64,000 nt of DNA. It comes from Scyliorhinus canicula. Lineage: Eukaryota. Below are positions 1-11,829 of this stretch, in pieces. The DNA is taken from assembly GCF_902713615.1 (NCBI RefSeq), contig NC_052163.1, forward strand, positions 22,764,248 through 22,828,247, written 5' to 3'. The notes beneath the pieces are model-generated. The model was given only the letters and a program-made list of their open reading frames with translations. It was not told where the DNA came from and searched no databases. The position numbers and the translations under genes were made by a program. How positions within the stretch are numbered: the first letter of the stretch is position 1; the number at the start of each line of letters is the position of its first letter.

Positions 1-1712
1 AATGTCAGTCCCCTTATTAACAACAACAATCCCATCCTCCCACCACCCCCCAAACAATGGCCCGCATCACAAATATAAGCCTTGAATAAAATAAAACCTC
101 CCAAGGAGAAAAAAAGAAAAAGGAAACAGGAATCGCCTATGGTCACCATTGACATATATAGTTCAGCCCCCCCTAATATTCAACGCCATCCAATCCCCGA
201 AAGAGTACCGTGAATGACACCCATGAATTGTAGATCCCCACCCACCCCACACCACACACAAATTCCTCCCCTCCACTTCCTCTTGTAAACTCCTCCCCCC
301 AACCTCGGTTCCTTCCCCCAATTTTTCACCCCTGCTAGACTCACCGAAACATGTTCTACCAGGCTCCAATGGCCGCAGCCCCTCCCCCCACCTCACTCCC
401 GTTCACTAACCAACTTAAACCGGCCAGCGTGGAGGCCCCTGTCCAGGTCTCTTTCCCCTTTCCCGGTCCCAGGAAAAACCAAGAAATCCCCTTTAGCACA
501 CAAACCCAGTATACCCACCCAAGCCCCAAAGAACCATCATTGCAAATGAAAGTCCCAACTCCTCCCTTGTCCAAATATACAGCCGTTGACTCATTTAGTA
601 CATACACCAACACACAGTAAGAAAATAAAGTTACATGAGGCTACATCGGTACACGACCCACTCTCAGTCCCATTTCTCAATTCTGCCACAGTCCATCTGC
701 CTTCGCAAACCCCTCTGCCGCTTCCGCCGTCCCAAAATAAAAGCCCTTGGATTTGCAGGTCACCCTCAACTTAGCTGGATCTGTCGCATTGCACCTTGCT
801 GATGTACAGTGCCTTCTTCACTCGGCTGAAGGCCGCCCACCACCTCCACTGAAAGTCCTGGTACATATGTATCCAGCTCCAGCCCACTGCACCTCCCGCT
901 TTGCCCAGCACAGGACCTTCTCCTTCACGCTGTACCTACAGAAACAAACAGTTACTACTCTTGGCGGCTCATGCGCCTTTGGTATAGGCCTCCACGACCA
1001 ATGAGCCCGATCTAGTTCGTATTGATAGGGTTCGTCCCCCTCCCCCAATAGCTCTGCCAATATCGTGGCAAAATACTCCGTCGGCCTTGGGCCTCCCCCC
1101 CCCCTCCCCCCCCCACCCCTTGAGCAATCCCACGATCCTCAGATTCTGCCGCCTAGATATGTTTTCCAGATCTTCCATTTTGGCTCGCAGATCCTTGTTG
1201 GTCTCTATCACCCTCCGCAGTTCCTTCCCCATTGAGGTGAATTGATCACTGTGCTGCGATAATGCCTCTTCCACTTCCTTCAGTGTCTCACCTTGCTCCC
1301 GCACCTCCGCCGCTGCACTTGATACTGCCGCCCTCACCGGGGCAATCGCCTCCTCCACCAGCACTTTCAATACCGCCCCATTTCCTTCTTCATCGCTTCC
1401 ATTTTGCTTTGTGAACTGTTTCTCAAGTTCCACGGCCATCGCCGTGGTCATTTCTTCTGCCGTGAGCAATGCGGCCTCCCCCGGTGCCCCGGCCTCCGCT
1501 TTCCTTGCAGTCCACGCGGCGGCGGGCTTCCATTAACCACTTTTGTCACGGCCGTTTTTTCCCCTCAACTTTGACACCTCTCCTCGCTGTGCCTTCTTAC
1601 TGCTTTTGCAGCCTCCATTGCCCCTGGGACCGGGCGTTAAGACCCCGAAAATTCCGTTCCCAAACGGGAGCCCTCCAGTGTGCGGCTGCCTGCTGCCCGC
1701 CGTCACCGGAAC
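1..1712 (-). mobile_element. L1-clade LINE, 5' part (5' UTR, degenerate ORF1 about 677-1577, inter-ORF spacer running off the window)
   Basis: Coiled coil followed by DLENISRRQNLRIVGL and a YPAKLRVT-like C-terminal segment, typical of L1 ORF1p; frameshifted. Confidence 0.85.
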
Positions 1713-2907
1713 CTGAGTACCATATGCTAACGGTTCTCTGCGCAAAGAAACTCTGAGCAAGAACTCTGGTTGATTCATTCTCCCCACTTACATGGCCACG
1801 GCTGCTGCAGCCAATTAAAGCATCTCCGATCATCTCCACTGAAGTCTAATAATTCCCAGGCATGGCATCTGGACTCACTGGTTGGTTTCCATGATTTAAT
1901 AACATAAATGGCAGTACCCACAGTCTCCATATTTATTTTCTCTATTTTCAGACCTTACTTCCTGGCATCAAATTCCCTCGGTGTGCTCATAAAGATTCTC
2001 CATGTCTTAGAGCTCTGGTGAAGAAAGAATAGCAAAGTCTTGAAGAGCAAAAATCTAGATCTTTTATGGGGTAATGAAAAGATTCTCTGAATTCTAGTCG
2101 AAAGCAGCTAAATCGAGATCCACCCTTAACATCTCCTGTCTTCTATACCCTTTCCTCAATATTTCATCCAAATCTTTTGATTGCTCCTACATAATCATTG
2201 TGTTTTATGAATCACATTCATTGTACATCTCTAATATACTCCTATATAATGTTCTATCTATATAATGTTCCCTCTTTCTACGGTGCTTGGTCTCCAAATT
2301 TCCAATATCCTCAATTGCCTGGATGATTACTTTTCCCTTGTCAACTATCTTTCATCCCACATCAATTCTTCCCCTTTTCATTAGCTCAGGGCAAAACCTA
2401 AACCGTTTGAGTGTGTGTAAATTTTGGGGTGGGGGAAATCCATGCTAAAATTGATTAATGATTGGCGGGGGTTTTGAGGTATTTCCTGCTTGAGAAATCA
2501 TCTCTTGTGTATAAATAATCCTGTGCATCGACCCTGGAGATGACATCAGGCTTTTTTGTGTGCATGTTGCAAATACTAACACAAAGAAAACAGCTGCTTC
2601 TGCTTGAATGCGGTCCTTAGTAAAATATCTATCTGTAATTTATTAAAACCCTAACATTCCTGGGTGCTTGCCAACATTGCTTCATTATAAATTCCAGTAT
2701 CCTTGGAATCTGCCTATGTAAACCTGTCACGCTGCTCCTTAGTGTTCCTTAGTGGAGACCAACCCAGTCGGAGGTTTCATTTAGTGTTTTTTACAGTTGT
2801 GGCTATAACAGTTGAACATGTGACATTAAAATTGGGTCGGAATTTAATCTGAGTGTGCCGGCCCAGTTCTCCTCTTTATTTAATCTCACTTCAGCTAAAG
2901 ATCGTCA

Positions 2908-3247
2908 TCATAGATCATAGAATACACAGCGCAGAAGGAGGCCATTTGGCCCATCGAGTCTGCAACGGCCCTTGGAAAGAGCACCCCACTTAAGCCCACA
3001 CCTCCACCTTATCCCAGTAACCCCACCTAACCTTTTTTGGACACCTAAGGAACAATTTAGCATGACCAGTCCACCTAACCTGCACATTTTTGGACTGTGG
3101 GAGGAAACCGGAGCACCTGGAGGAAACCCATGCACACACTGGGAGAACCTGCAGACTCCGCACAGACAGTGACCCAAGCCGGGAATCGAACCTGGGACGC
3201 TGGTGCTGTGAAGCAACAGTGCGAACCACTGTACTACCGTGCCGCAC
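2908..3247 (-). mobile_element. HE1-like tRNA-derived V-SINE with CR1-type (ttctatg)n tail. Further copies at about 3580-4370(-), 13471-13670(+), 15909-16300(+), 17267-17590(+), 26620-26890(+), 38657-38970(+), 40016-40320(+), 40986-41665(-), 44476-44745(+), 57292-57570(-)
   Basis: A/B-box head (gtggttagca..ggttcgattcc), core gggtttcctccgggtgctccggtttcctcccacagtccaaaga, tail gggccgaatggcctccttctgcactg...ttctatg. Confidence 0.88.
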
Positions 3248-3809
3248 AGTCTTTTACTTGATCTAGATGTATTGTATGTAACCACACAATTAAGTGATGC
3301 GTGATCTATAATAATCTTTTTTTTTTTAAATGCAGTTTTATGTCTGACTGCATTTCTCTGATTTGGTCGGTGGGTTATTTTGGTGGGTGGCGGTTGGTGC
3401 ATGTAGAGCGCACTGAGGACTGGAGCACACAGGACTGGAGCATGTGTGCAGTTGGTGGCAGGGAGGAACCTGCTCTACATGCACAGAAACTACATGCACA
3501 GAACATGCTCTACATGCCCTAAGCGAGCAGAAGTAAGTACTTATCCACAGAACACCCACTAGATGAGAAGGAAACTCTTCAGCGCGGAAGGAGGCCATTC
3601 AGCCCATCGGGTTTGCACCGGCCCTTGGAAAGAGCACCCTATCTAGGCCCACGCCCTATCCCCACAATCCAGTAACCCCATCTAACCTTTTGGACACAAA
3701 AGGGTAATTTAGCGTGGCCAATCCACTTAACATGCACATCTTTGGACTGTGGGAGAAAACCGGAGCACCCGGAGGAAAGCCACGCAGAATGTGCAAACTC
3801 CCAAATGTG

Positions 3810-4312
3810 GGCCGGGATTCTCCCCTACCCGGCGGGGCGGGGGGTCCCGGCGTAGCGGAGAGGCGCCAACCGCTCTGGCGTCGGGCCTCCCCATAGGTCT
3901 CTTCTGCCTCCACCATGGTGGAGGCCGTGGCGGCGGCAGAAGAAAAAGAGTGTCCCCACGGCACTGGCCCGTCCACCGATCGGTGGGCCCAAATCGCGGG
4001 ACAGGCTACCGTGGGGGCACCCCCTGGGGTCCGATCGCCCCCCCCCCCAGGATCCCGGGGCCCGCTCGTGCCGCCAATCCCACTGGCACCAGAGGTGGTT
4101 TAAACCATGTCGGCGGGAGCAGCCTGTCAGCGGCGGAACTTCGGCCCATCGCCTGCCGGAGAATCGCTGCGGGGGGCACGCCGATCGGCGGGGCGTGATT
4201 CCCGCTCCTGCCGATTCCCGGGTGGTGGACAATTCCGGCCATGGCGGGGGCGGGATTTACGCTGGCCCCCGGGCGATTCCCCGACCCTGCGGGGGGTCGG
4301 AGAATTCCGCCC
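3810..4312. mobile_element. GC-rich MITE, PIF/Harbinger-like; internally deleted, inverted relative of 23390-24073
   Basis: 14-bp imperfect TIR ggccgggattctcc / ggagaattccgccc; flanks gtg and ctg; sits in an HE1-like SINE. Confidence 0.8.
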
Positions 4313-6327
4313 CTGGAATTGAACCTGGGGCCTTGGTGCTGTGAGGCGGGAGTGCTAACCACTGTGCCACTCGTTCACTGGCTGTAATAATTTGAAATAT
4401 AAAAACAAAGGCTGAATATATTACCTTAAAGTTGGGACTGAAATATATCCATGTGTCTTGAACCTCATTTATGGTCTTTTATGCACAAGCACAAGTAATA
4501 AACTATAAATTCCAGGAAATTCAAACACTGATCGGACAAAATTCAGTTTGCAGAAGGTAAGTTGGTATTACAATAAAGGAAAACTGTTTCTTCTGAGTGC
4601 CATCAACACCCAACACATAATTCCCTTCCTCTCCTCCTCTTCATTTAAATTTTTCAAAAGTATCACCAACATTTATGTAATATCGCAAAGCCACGAGCGA
4701 ATGAAGAATATATTTTTAAAGTCTCTGACTAATGGACCGATTATAAAAGCTGGAGTTTGAGAATGCAGAACAAAGGCTTCAGAAGAGAGTAACACGCCCA
4801 GCTACAGACTAAGTTACTTGTTTTTACAAGACAACTGCAGTCCAGATTGTATTTAAATGTGGTTGCATATAAAATATCTGTGAGAAATGGAACTGGAGGC
4901 AGAGTACAGCAACTTCCTGCCACATTTACTGTTAGTCACATGAATGAAAAATGTTGTTACTCAGCTCCAGTGTTCAGTCCTTGACCCGTAGGCCGCTGAC
5001 TTCAGTGGCTGCCTGACAATCAGTCCCTGACCCAAAACAGCCCCAAGTGGTCTTGACCTCACTTCATCCCCAGAATTTTTATTACAGGAAAAAAAACAGT
5101 GGCAAAGGTGCTTGTGTGCCCATTAAAGTCAGATGTAAGCGAGACAATGAAGGCCAATAACAAAATAGCAGACTTGTTAAATTGATTATTTGGTCTTAAG
5201 ATAAGTTCAATCTCCTTGACACAATGGTTTCCAGCCAAAGGTTTTAAATAGGTGAAGAAATAGCAAGTGCTTTAATCCTAAATTTCCTTCAGGAGTGATG
5301 GCGTTGTATTTTAAAATTGCTCATTAAGGGAGAGATATATATCCCGGACAGAGTTATGCACTTGGACAAATCTGAACTCAACTATGTACAGGTTAGGTGG
5401 CTTGGCCATGCTAAATTGCCCCTTAGTGTCCAAAGAAGTGCAGGTTAGGTGGGGTTGCGGGGAGTGGGCCTAGGTGGGCTGCTCTGTCGGAATGTCGGTG
5501 CAGACTCAATGGGCCGAATGGCTTCCTTCTGCAGTGTAGTGATTCTATAAAAGAAAGGCCTTGTCTGGCTATTCCAATTGCATTTTTTTTTTAGGCGGTC
5601 ACTAGCAGCATGGTGGGCAGGATAAAGTCAATGGACACTGTCTTTGTACGTGAGACATTATTAGCAAAAAGTGAAAGCACATTGGACATTAACTTGGAAG
5701 GTGGGAGACCAAGAGCAGGGAAAAAGAGGAATCTTCTGAGTGGTGGTCCCTAGGAATCTGTACTGGGATATTACCAGTATGTTATCATGTATATTGTTGA
5801 TCTGGGTGAAGGAATTTGTAGATGACACTAAATTAGGAGTATTGATCTATATTTTAGTCATCTACTACTTGCACTTGTTGAATGTAACATACATATAGCT
5901 TGCACTCCTACTATTTTTTTTAATAATGAATGGCATATTGCTGAGGCAACCTTGTTATCTAAATGGCATCTATTGGTTCCCGCATGGCAGTATTCTAAAA
6001 CTTAACAGCGTGATGCAATTTTGCTTGAAAATAGAAGGAAAACAAAGATTCTAACAAAATTACACGAACAGCTCATTCAAATTCGTTTTTGGGTTGAGAG
6101 TGTTGCAGACAAAGTTACCACTCCTTTTTCATCCCTAAATGCCCTTGAGAAGATCATGAGACTCTGCCTTGGTGTCCATGCAGCATAGGTGCACTCTCAG
6201 TGATATGGAAGGCAGTTCCTGATTTGATGCAGCAGCAGTTAAGCAATGGTGATATAGTTCCAAGTCTAAGGTGAGTGTGAATTACAAGTGGTGGTGTTCC
6301 CATGCAGCTCCTGCCCTTGTCTTTATA

Positions 6328-6990
6328 GATACATAGAATATAGGAGCAGGAGGAGGCCTTTTCGCCCTTCGAGCCTGTTCCGCCATTTATCACGATCATG
6401 GCTGATTATCCAACTGAATAGCCTAATCCTGCTTTCTCCCCATAACCTTTGATCCCATTTTCCCCAAGTGTATCTGGCCACCTCTTGAATATATTCGATG
6501 TTTTAGCATCAACTACTTCCTGTGGTAATGAATTCCACAGGCTCACCACTCTTTGGGTGAAGAAATGTCTCCTATTCTCTGTCCGAAATGGTTTTCCCTG
6601 AATCCTCCGACTGTGACCCCTGGTTCTGGACACACCCACCATCGGGAACCTCTACCCTGTCTAGTTCTGTTAGAATTTTATAAGGCTCTTTGAGATCCCC
6701 CCTCGTTCTTCTGAACTCCAGCGAGAGCAATCCTAACCTAGTCAATCTCTCCTCGTATGACAGTCCCGCCATCCCTGGAATCAGTCTGGTAAACCTTCGC
6801 TGCACTCCCTCGAGAGCAAGAACATCCTTCTTCAGAAAAGGAGACCAAAAAGTGCACGCAATATTCCAGGTGTGGCCTCACCAAGCCCTGTATAATTGCA
6901 GCAACACATTCCTTCTCCTGTAGTCGAAACCTCTCGCAATGAAGGCCAATATACCATTAGCCTTCTTTACCGCTTGTTGCACCTACATGC
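6328..6990 (-). mobile_element. CR1 LINE 3' fragment
   Basis: QRRFTRLIPGMAGLSYEERL and FFTQRVVSLWNSLP; homologous to 11270-11810. Confidence 0.9.
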
Positions 6991-7844
6991 TTACCTTCCA
7001 GATGGTAGAAGGTGCAGGTTTGGAAGGTGAATGTTGAAGCAGGCTTGGCAAGTTGCATCTTGTAAATGTTTCACACTGCAACGACTGTGCACTGATGATG
7101 AAGGGATTGAATGTTCAAGGTGGTGGATGGGGGCGCCAATCAAACGGGTTGCTTTGTCCTGGATAGTGTCAAGTTGCTTAATTGTTGTTCGAATTGCATG
7201 CATCTGTGAAAGTGGAGCATATTCCATTGCACTTCTGACTTGTGCCTTTTGAATGGTGGACAGGCTTTGAGGAGTCAAGAGGCGAGAATTACTCATCGCA
7301 GAATTTCCAGCTTCTGACCAGCCGTTGCAATCACGGTAATGGTGGGGGATCCGGCAATGGTAATGCTGTTGAATATTGGTCAGATTCTCTCTGGTCAGAG
7401 ATGGTCATTGCCTCGTACTGTGTTGTGCAAACATTAATTCTCACTTATCAGCCCAAGCCTGAAAGTCATCCAGATTTTGCTGCATTCATGCATCACTATC
7501 TGAGAAGTTGAATACTTCTGAATACTACGTGAACGTCCCTAATTCTGACCTTGTGATGGAAGGAAGGTCATTGATGAAACAGCTGAGGAAGATTGGATGC
7601 AGAAATTAACCCTTCGGAACTCCTACAATGATGTCCCGGAGCTGAGATGGTTGGGTTCCAACAAACCCAACCATCACTCTCAACCAATTACCAGCTCAAT
7701 GAAAAATAACAGAATTGGCTTATTATTTTTCTATAATACTGCAAATAATCTATTATATTTACTTCATGTACAGAAAGCAATGCAAAGCAAATATGGCTGT
7801 TTCACCCAGCCTCCTCCAGTAGAATTGAAAGCAACGCAGAGATA

Positions 7845-8310
7845 GAATGCTTAATTCTCTGAAATTAAAGATTATGGGTTCAAGTCCGACTCAACTATTT
7901 GAGCTCATAATCTAGGTAGACATTTCCTTGCTGTACCAAGGAAGCACTGGACTGTTGGAGTTGCAATGTGATGTCTTAATTTCCAATGACATGTTAAACG
8001 AAGGCTCTGCTGACTCGGGTAGTTAGACATTGTGACTATTAGAAGAGAATGGGAAGATTGCCTGATGTCCAAACCAATATTTATCTCAGAACCAAATTCA
8101 CCAGAACAGAGTACCAGTTTGTTTATCTTATTACTGTTTGTGGGACCACGCTTTGTGTAATAATAAGAGTTTAGTTGCTGTTGCTATGTGAGGTAAGTGC
8201 ATTACCTCATATAGCAACAGCAACTAAACTCTTGAAGTAAATAATTAATTGCAAAACTCTTTGGGACATCCCGAAAGGGATGTGAATTGCACTGTATAAA
8301 TGCCAGTTGT
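7845..8310 (+). mobile_element. Old DeuSINE/SacSINE1-like element (related remnants at about 15540-15900 and 17100-17780)
   Basis: gggttcaagtcc B box, ccaatatttatc and gtttgtgggacc core segments, L2-like tail ctttgggacatcc...tataaatgc. Family assignment is from memory. Confidence 0.55.
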
Positions 8311-8595
8311 TCCTTTTGTTATTCCCTGTCAAGTTTTTCCCTTCCCCAATATGGAAATGTTAGATGTTCGTGGTAAACTCTGGATTCAATCTGGAGCCCT
8401 TTTTTGCATGGCTCAGCTATTCGCAGTCTTAACCCACTGAGCCATTGGGGAATTTTCATTCCAACATATTTAACAGGAACAGCACAGTTGCTTCACACAT
8501 GTATGATGCTCTTGTTTTGTTCCTCTTTCTCTCTATCTCTCATCCCACCACTCTTTACCCCTCCCCATTCCTCTTTCACTTTCTCCGCCGTGCAG

Positions 8596-8765
8596 CAGAC
8601 ACACCTGATGTGTATATTGTGGAACGGCTATTTTCCAGCAGCCTGGTCGTCATTGTCAGCCTCTCAACACCACAGAGGATGAACGTGTATCATTTCAAGA
8701 AAGGGACTGAGATTTGCAACTACAGCTATTCCAATACCATCCTCACCGTTAGGCTGAACAGACAG
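8596..8765 (+). CDS. WIPI1: WIPI1 coding exon (human exon 3 equivalent), [57 protein letters not shown]
   Basis: Translation matches the WIPI1/Atg18 N-terminal blades. Pyrimidine tract plus tgcag acceptor, cag|gtaaga donor, 170 nt, phase 1-0. Confidence 0.96.
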
Positions 8766-8901
8766 GTAAGAGGGCTCACAGCACTGTTGACTACAGCTAG
8801 ATCATCCATGACCATGTAGGCACTTCTTTTAATTAAAAAAAAATCAGTGAATGAGATCATAGGGACCACATTCCAGTAATATACAGAATATACTTTATTA
8901 C

Positions 8902-9169
8902 TGTGGTGAATGTATTCACCAAATGTATGTATGATACTGTAACCTTTGACCTGTGACCTGGAAGTGGTGATATGAGCTGCTTCCAGGTACTGTACTGTAA
9001 CCCCGGTAGGGCGCCGCCTCTGGCTCCGCCCTCACCGGGGCCATATATAGACCGGCCGCCTGTGGGCGGCATTCAACTGTACAACCGACTCTGGCTAGGC
9101 AAGTTCATGACTAATAAAGCCTAATGTTCACTCGCTCTCTCTGCCTCTCTGTGAATTGAAGGTATATCA
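8902..9169 (+). mobile_element. Solo LTR
   Basis: TG...CA ends, TATA-like tatatag, AATAAA at about 9113; 5-bp TSD attac (8897-8901 and 9170-9174). Confidence 0.88.
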
Positions 9170-9249
9170 ATTACCTTCAGACTGCAGGTCAGAAGCACCC
9201 AGTATTAGGTGGCTGTCTATCTTGATTGTAGGATTGTTTTGAATACGCA

Positions 9250-11815
9250 ACAGTAATTGGTAGTCAAACAAAATTAATGGGAAAATGGAGTAAGAGAGAA
9301 AGCTTGCAGGGAACATAAAAACTGACTGTAGAAGTTTTAGGCACGTGAAGAGAAAAAGATTAGTGAAGACAAATGTAAGTCTCTTACAATCAGAAACGGG
9401 AATGTATAATAGCGAACAAAAAAAAATGGCTGAGCAACTAAAGGCATACTCTGTCTTCATAAATGAGGGTGCAAATGAGAACCCAGAAATGTTGGGGAAC
9501 ATAGGGTTTTGTGAGAGGGAGGAACTGAAGCAGGTCAATATTTGTAGAGAAATGGTGTTGGGAAATTAATGGGATTGAAGGCTGATAAACCTCCAGGGCC
9601 TGATAATCTACATCCCAGAGTACTTAAGGAAGTGACTCTAGAAATAGTGGATGCATTGGTGGTATCTTCCGGGATTCTATCGACTCTGGAACAGTTCCTG
9701 CAGGTTGCAGGCTAGCTAATGTAACTCCGCTATTTAAAAAGGGAGGTAGAGATAAAACAGGGAATTATACACCAGTCAGCCTGGTGTCAGTAGGGGGGAA
9801 ATTTCAAGAATCCATTAACAAAGATTTTATAGCAGAACAGCTGGAAAATAGTGGTAGGATCGAACAGAATCAGCCTGGATTCATGAAGGGGAAATCATGT
9901 TTGACAAAGTTGGTACTCTTTGAGGATGTAACTAGTAGAGTTGACAAGGGGGAGCCAGTGGATGTGGTATATTTGGACTTTCAGAAGGCTTTTGACAAAG
10001 TCCTGCATAAGAGTTTTGTGTGTAAAATTAAAGAGCATGGGATTAGGGGTAGTGGATTGAGATGGATAGAAAACTGGTTGGCAGACAGGAAACAATAGAA
10101 ATTAACAGCTTTTTGTCAGATTGGCAGGCCGTGACTAGTGGGGTACCGAAGGAACATGACTAGAACCTCAGCTATTCACAATATATATTAATGATTTAGA
10201 TGAGGGAGGCAAAATGTTATATCTCCAAATTTGAAGATGACACCAAGTTGGATGAGCTGTGAACCGGATGTAGAGATCCTTCAATGTAATTTGTGCAAGT
10301 TGAGAGTGGGCAAATAAATGGCAGATGGAGTATAATTTGGAGAAATGCAAGGTTATATACTCTGGTAGCAAAAACCATACGGCAAACTATTATCAGAATG
10401 GGTATAAATTAGGAGAGGGGAATGTGCAACAAGACCTGGAGCGCGATTCTCCGAGGTGAGGAGAATCGGCGCCATTTGTGCTGGCGCGTTTGGCACAGTG
10501 CCGGTCACGGACTAATGTCCGCGGCCGGGCCGCCGATTCTCCAGCCTGGATGGGCCGAGCGGCCGCATGGAAACGGCAGAGTCCTGCCGGTGCCATTCAC
10601 CCTGGTCGCTGCCGGCGGGAAGTCTGCGTGAAGGGTCGGGGGGCGGCCTGACCTCTTTCCCCGCCGGCCGCTGGGCCTACTTTGTTGTGATGCCGGCCCC
10701 TGAACCCCCACGCCTTGTTGCGTTGGGGCTGGCGTGCTGAGGAAGTCCCCCCGCGCATACGTGGGTTGACACGGCCCAACTGCGCATGTGTGAGTTGGCA
10801 CGGTGCCCATTTGGCACCAGGAAGGCAGGCTGGAGCGGCGTGAACCGCTCCAGCGCCGTGCTGGCCCCCTGTGGGGGACTGAATTAGTTGTCCCCACGCC
10901 CGTTCCGCGCTGCCATAAAACGTGACGCTGTTCACGACGGCGCGAGCACTTAGTCTCCATTTTGGAGAATCGCGCCCCTGGTCTTTGTACACCAGTCACT
11001 GAAGGTAAGCATGCAGGTACAGCAGGCGGTAAAGGAGGCAAATGGCATGTTGGTCTTCATAGCAAGAGGATTAGAGTAGAAGGGCGGGGCTGGTTTAACT
11101 TAGTTGGCTGGACAGCTGGTTCATGATGCAGAGAAAGGCCAACAGCATGGGTTCAATTATTTTTGGGGGGATTTTGGTCAAAGGCTGGTATCGTGCCCGG
11201 TACAGGCTTGGAGGGCTGAAGAGCCTGTTGCTCTGCTGTATTATTCTTTGTTCTATGTCTTGCTGCAGTTATACAGGGTCTTGGTGAGGCCGCACCTGGA
11301 ATATCGTGTGCAGTTTTGGTCTCCTTATCTGATGATCTTGTTCGAGAGAGAGTGCAGCAAAGGTTTACCAGACTGATTCTTGGGATGTCAGGACTGATAT
11401 ATGAGGACAGATTGAATCAGTTAGGATTGTATTCGCTGGAGTTCAGAAGGGGATCTCATAGAAACCTATAAAATTCTAATAGGACTAGACAGGGTAGATG
11501 CAGGAAGGATGTTCCCAATGGTGGGTGTGTCCAGAATGAGGAGTCACAAATTAGGAGATAGATGAGGAGAGATTTCTTCACCAGAGAGTGGTCAGCCTGT
11601 GGAATTCATTACCACAAGAAGTAGTTGAGGCCAAAACATTGTATGTTTTTAAGAAGCAGTTAGATAAAGCACTTGGAGAGAAGGGGGTCAAAGGGTATGG
11701 GGGGAAAGCAGGATTAGCCTATCGAGTTGGATGATCAGCCATGATCATGATGAATGGCGGAGCAGGCTTGAAGGGCCAAATGGCTTCCTCCTGCTCCTAT
11801 TTTTTAAGTTTGTAT
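9250..11815 (+). mobile_element. Degenerate CR1 (HER1-like) LINE, RT region to 3' end, interrupted by a MITE and a SINE
   Basis: GFMKGKSCLT, VDVVYLDFQKAF, VRPHLEY.VQFWSP motifs; CR1 3' tail. Confidence 0.9.
10439..10977. mobile_element. GC-rich MITE, PIF/Harbinger-like, in CR1
   Basis: TIR gagcgcgattctcc / ggagaatcgcgccc; 3-bp TSD ctg (10436-10438 and 10978-10980). Confidence 0.85.
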
Positions 11816-11829
11816 GTCAATCTTTCAGT

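Noticed and set aside
2972-3247. Recurrent ORFs such as GFPPGAPVSSHSPK and SLHVLPVSAWVSSGCSGFLPQSKD
   Set aside because: Translations of the SINE core, not genes.
1900-8590. WIPI1 exon 2 (SLAxGxKxGYxLFSL-like), including the acceptor-like ttttcag at about 1951
   Set aside because: The candidate acceptor did not translate to a matching peptide and I saw none elsewhere; exons 1-2 probably lie upstream of the window.
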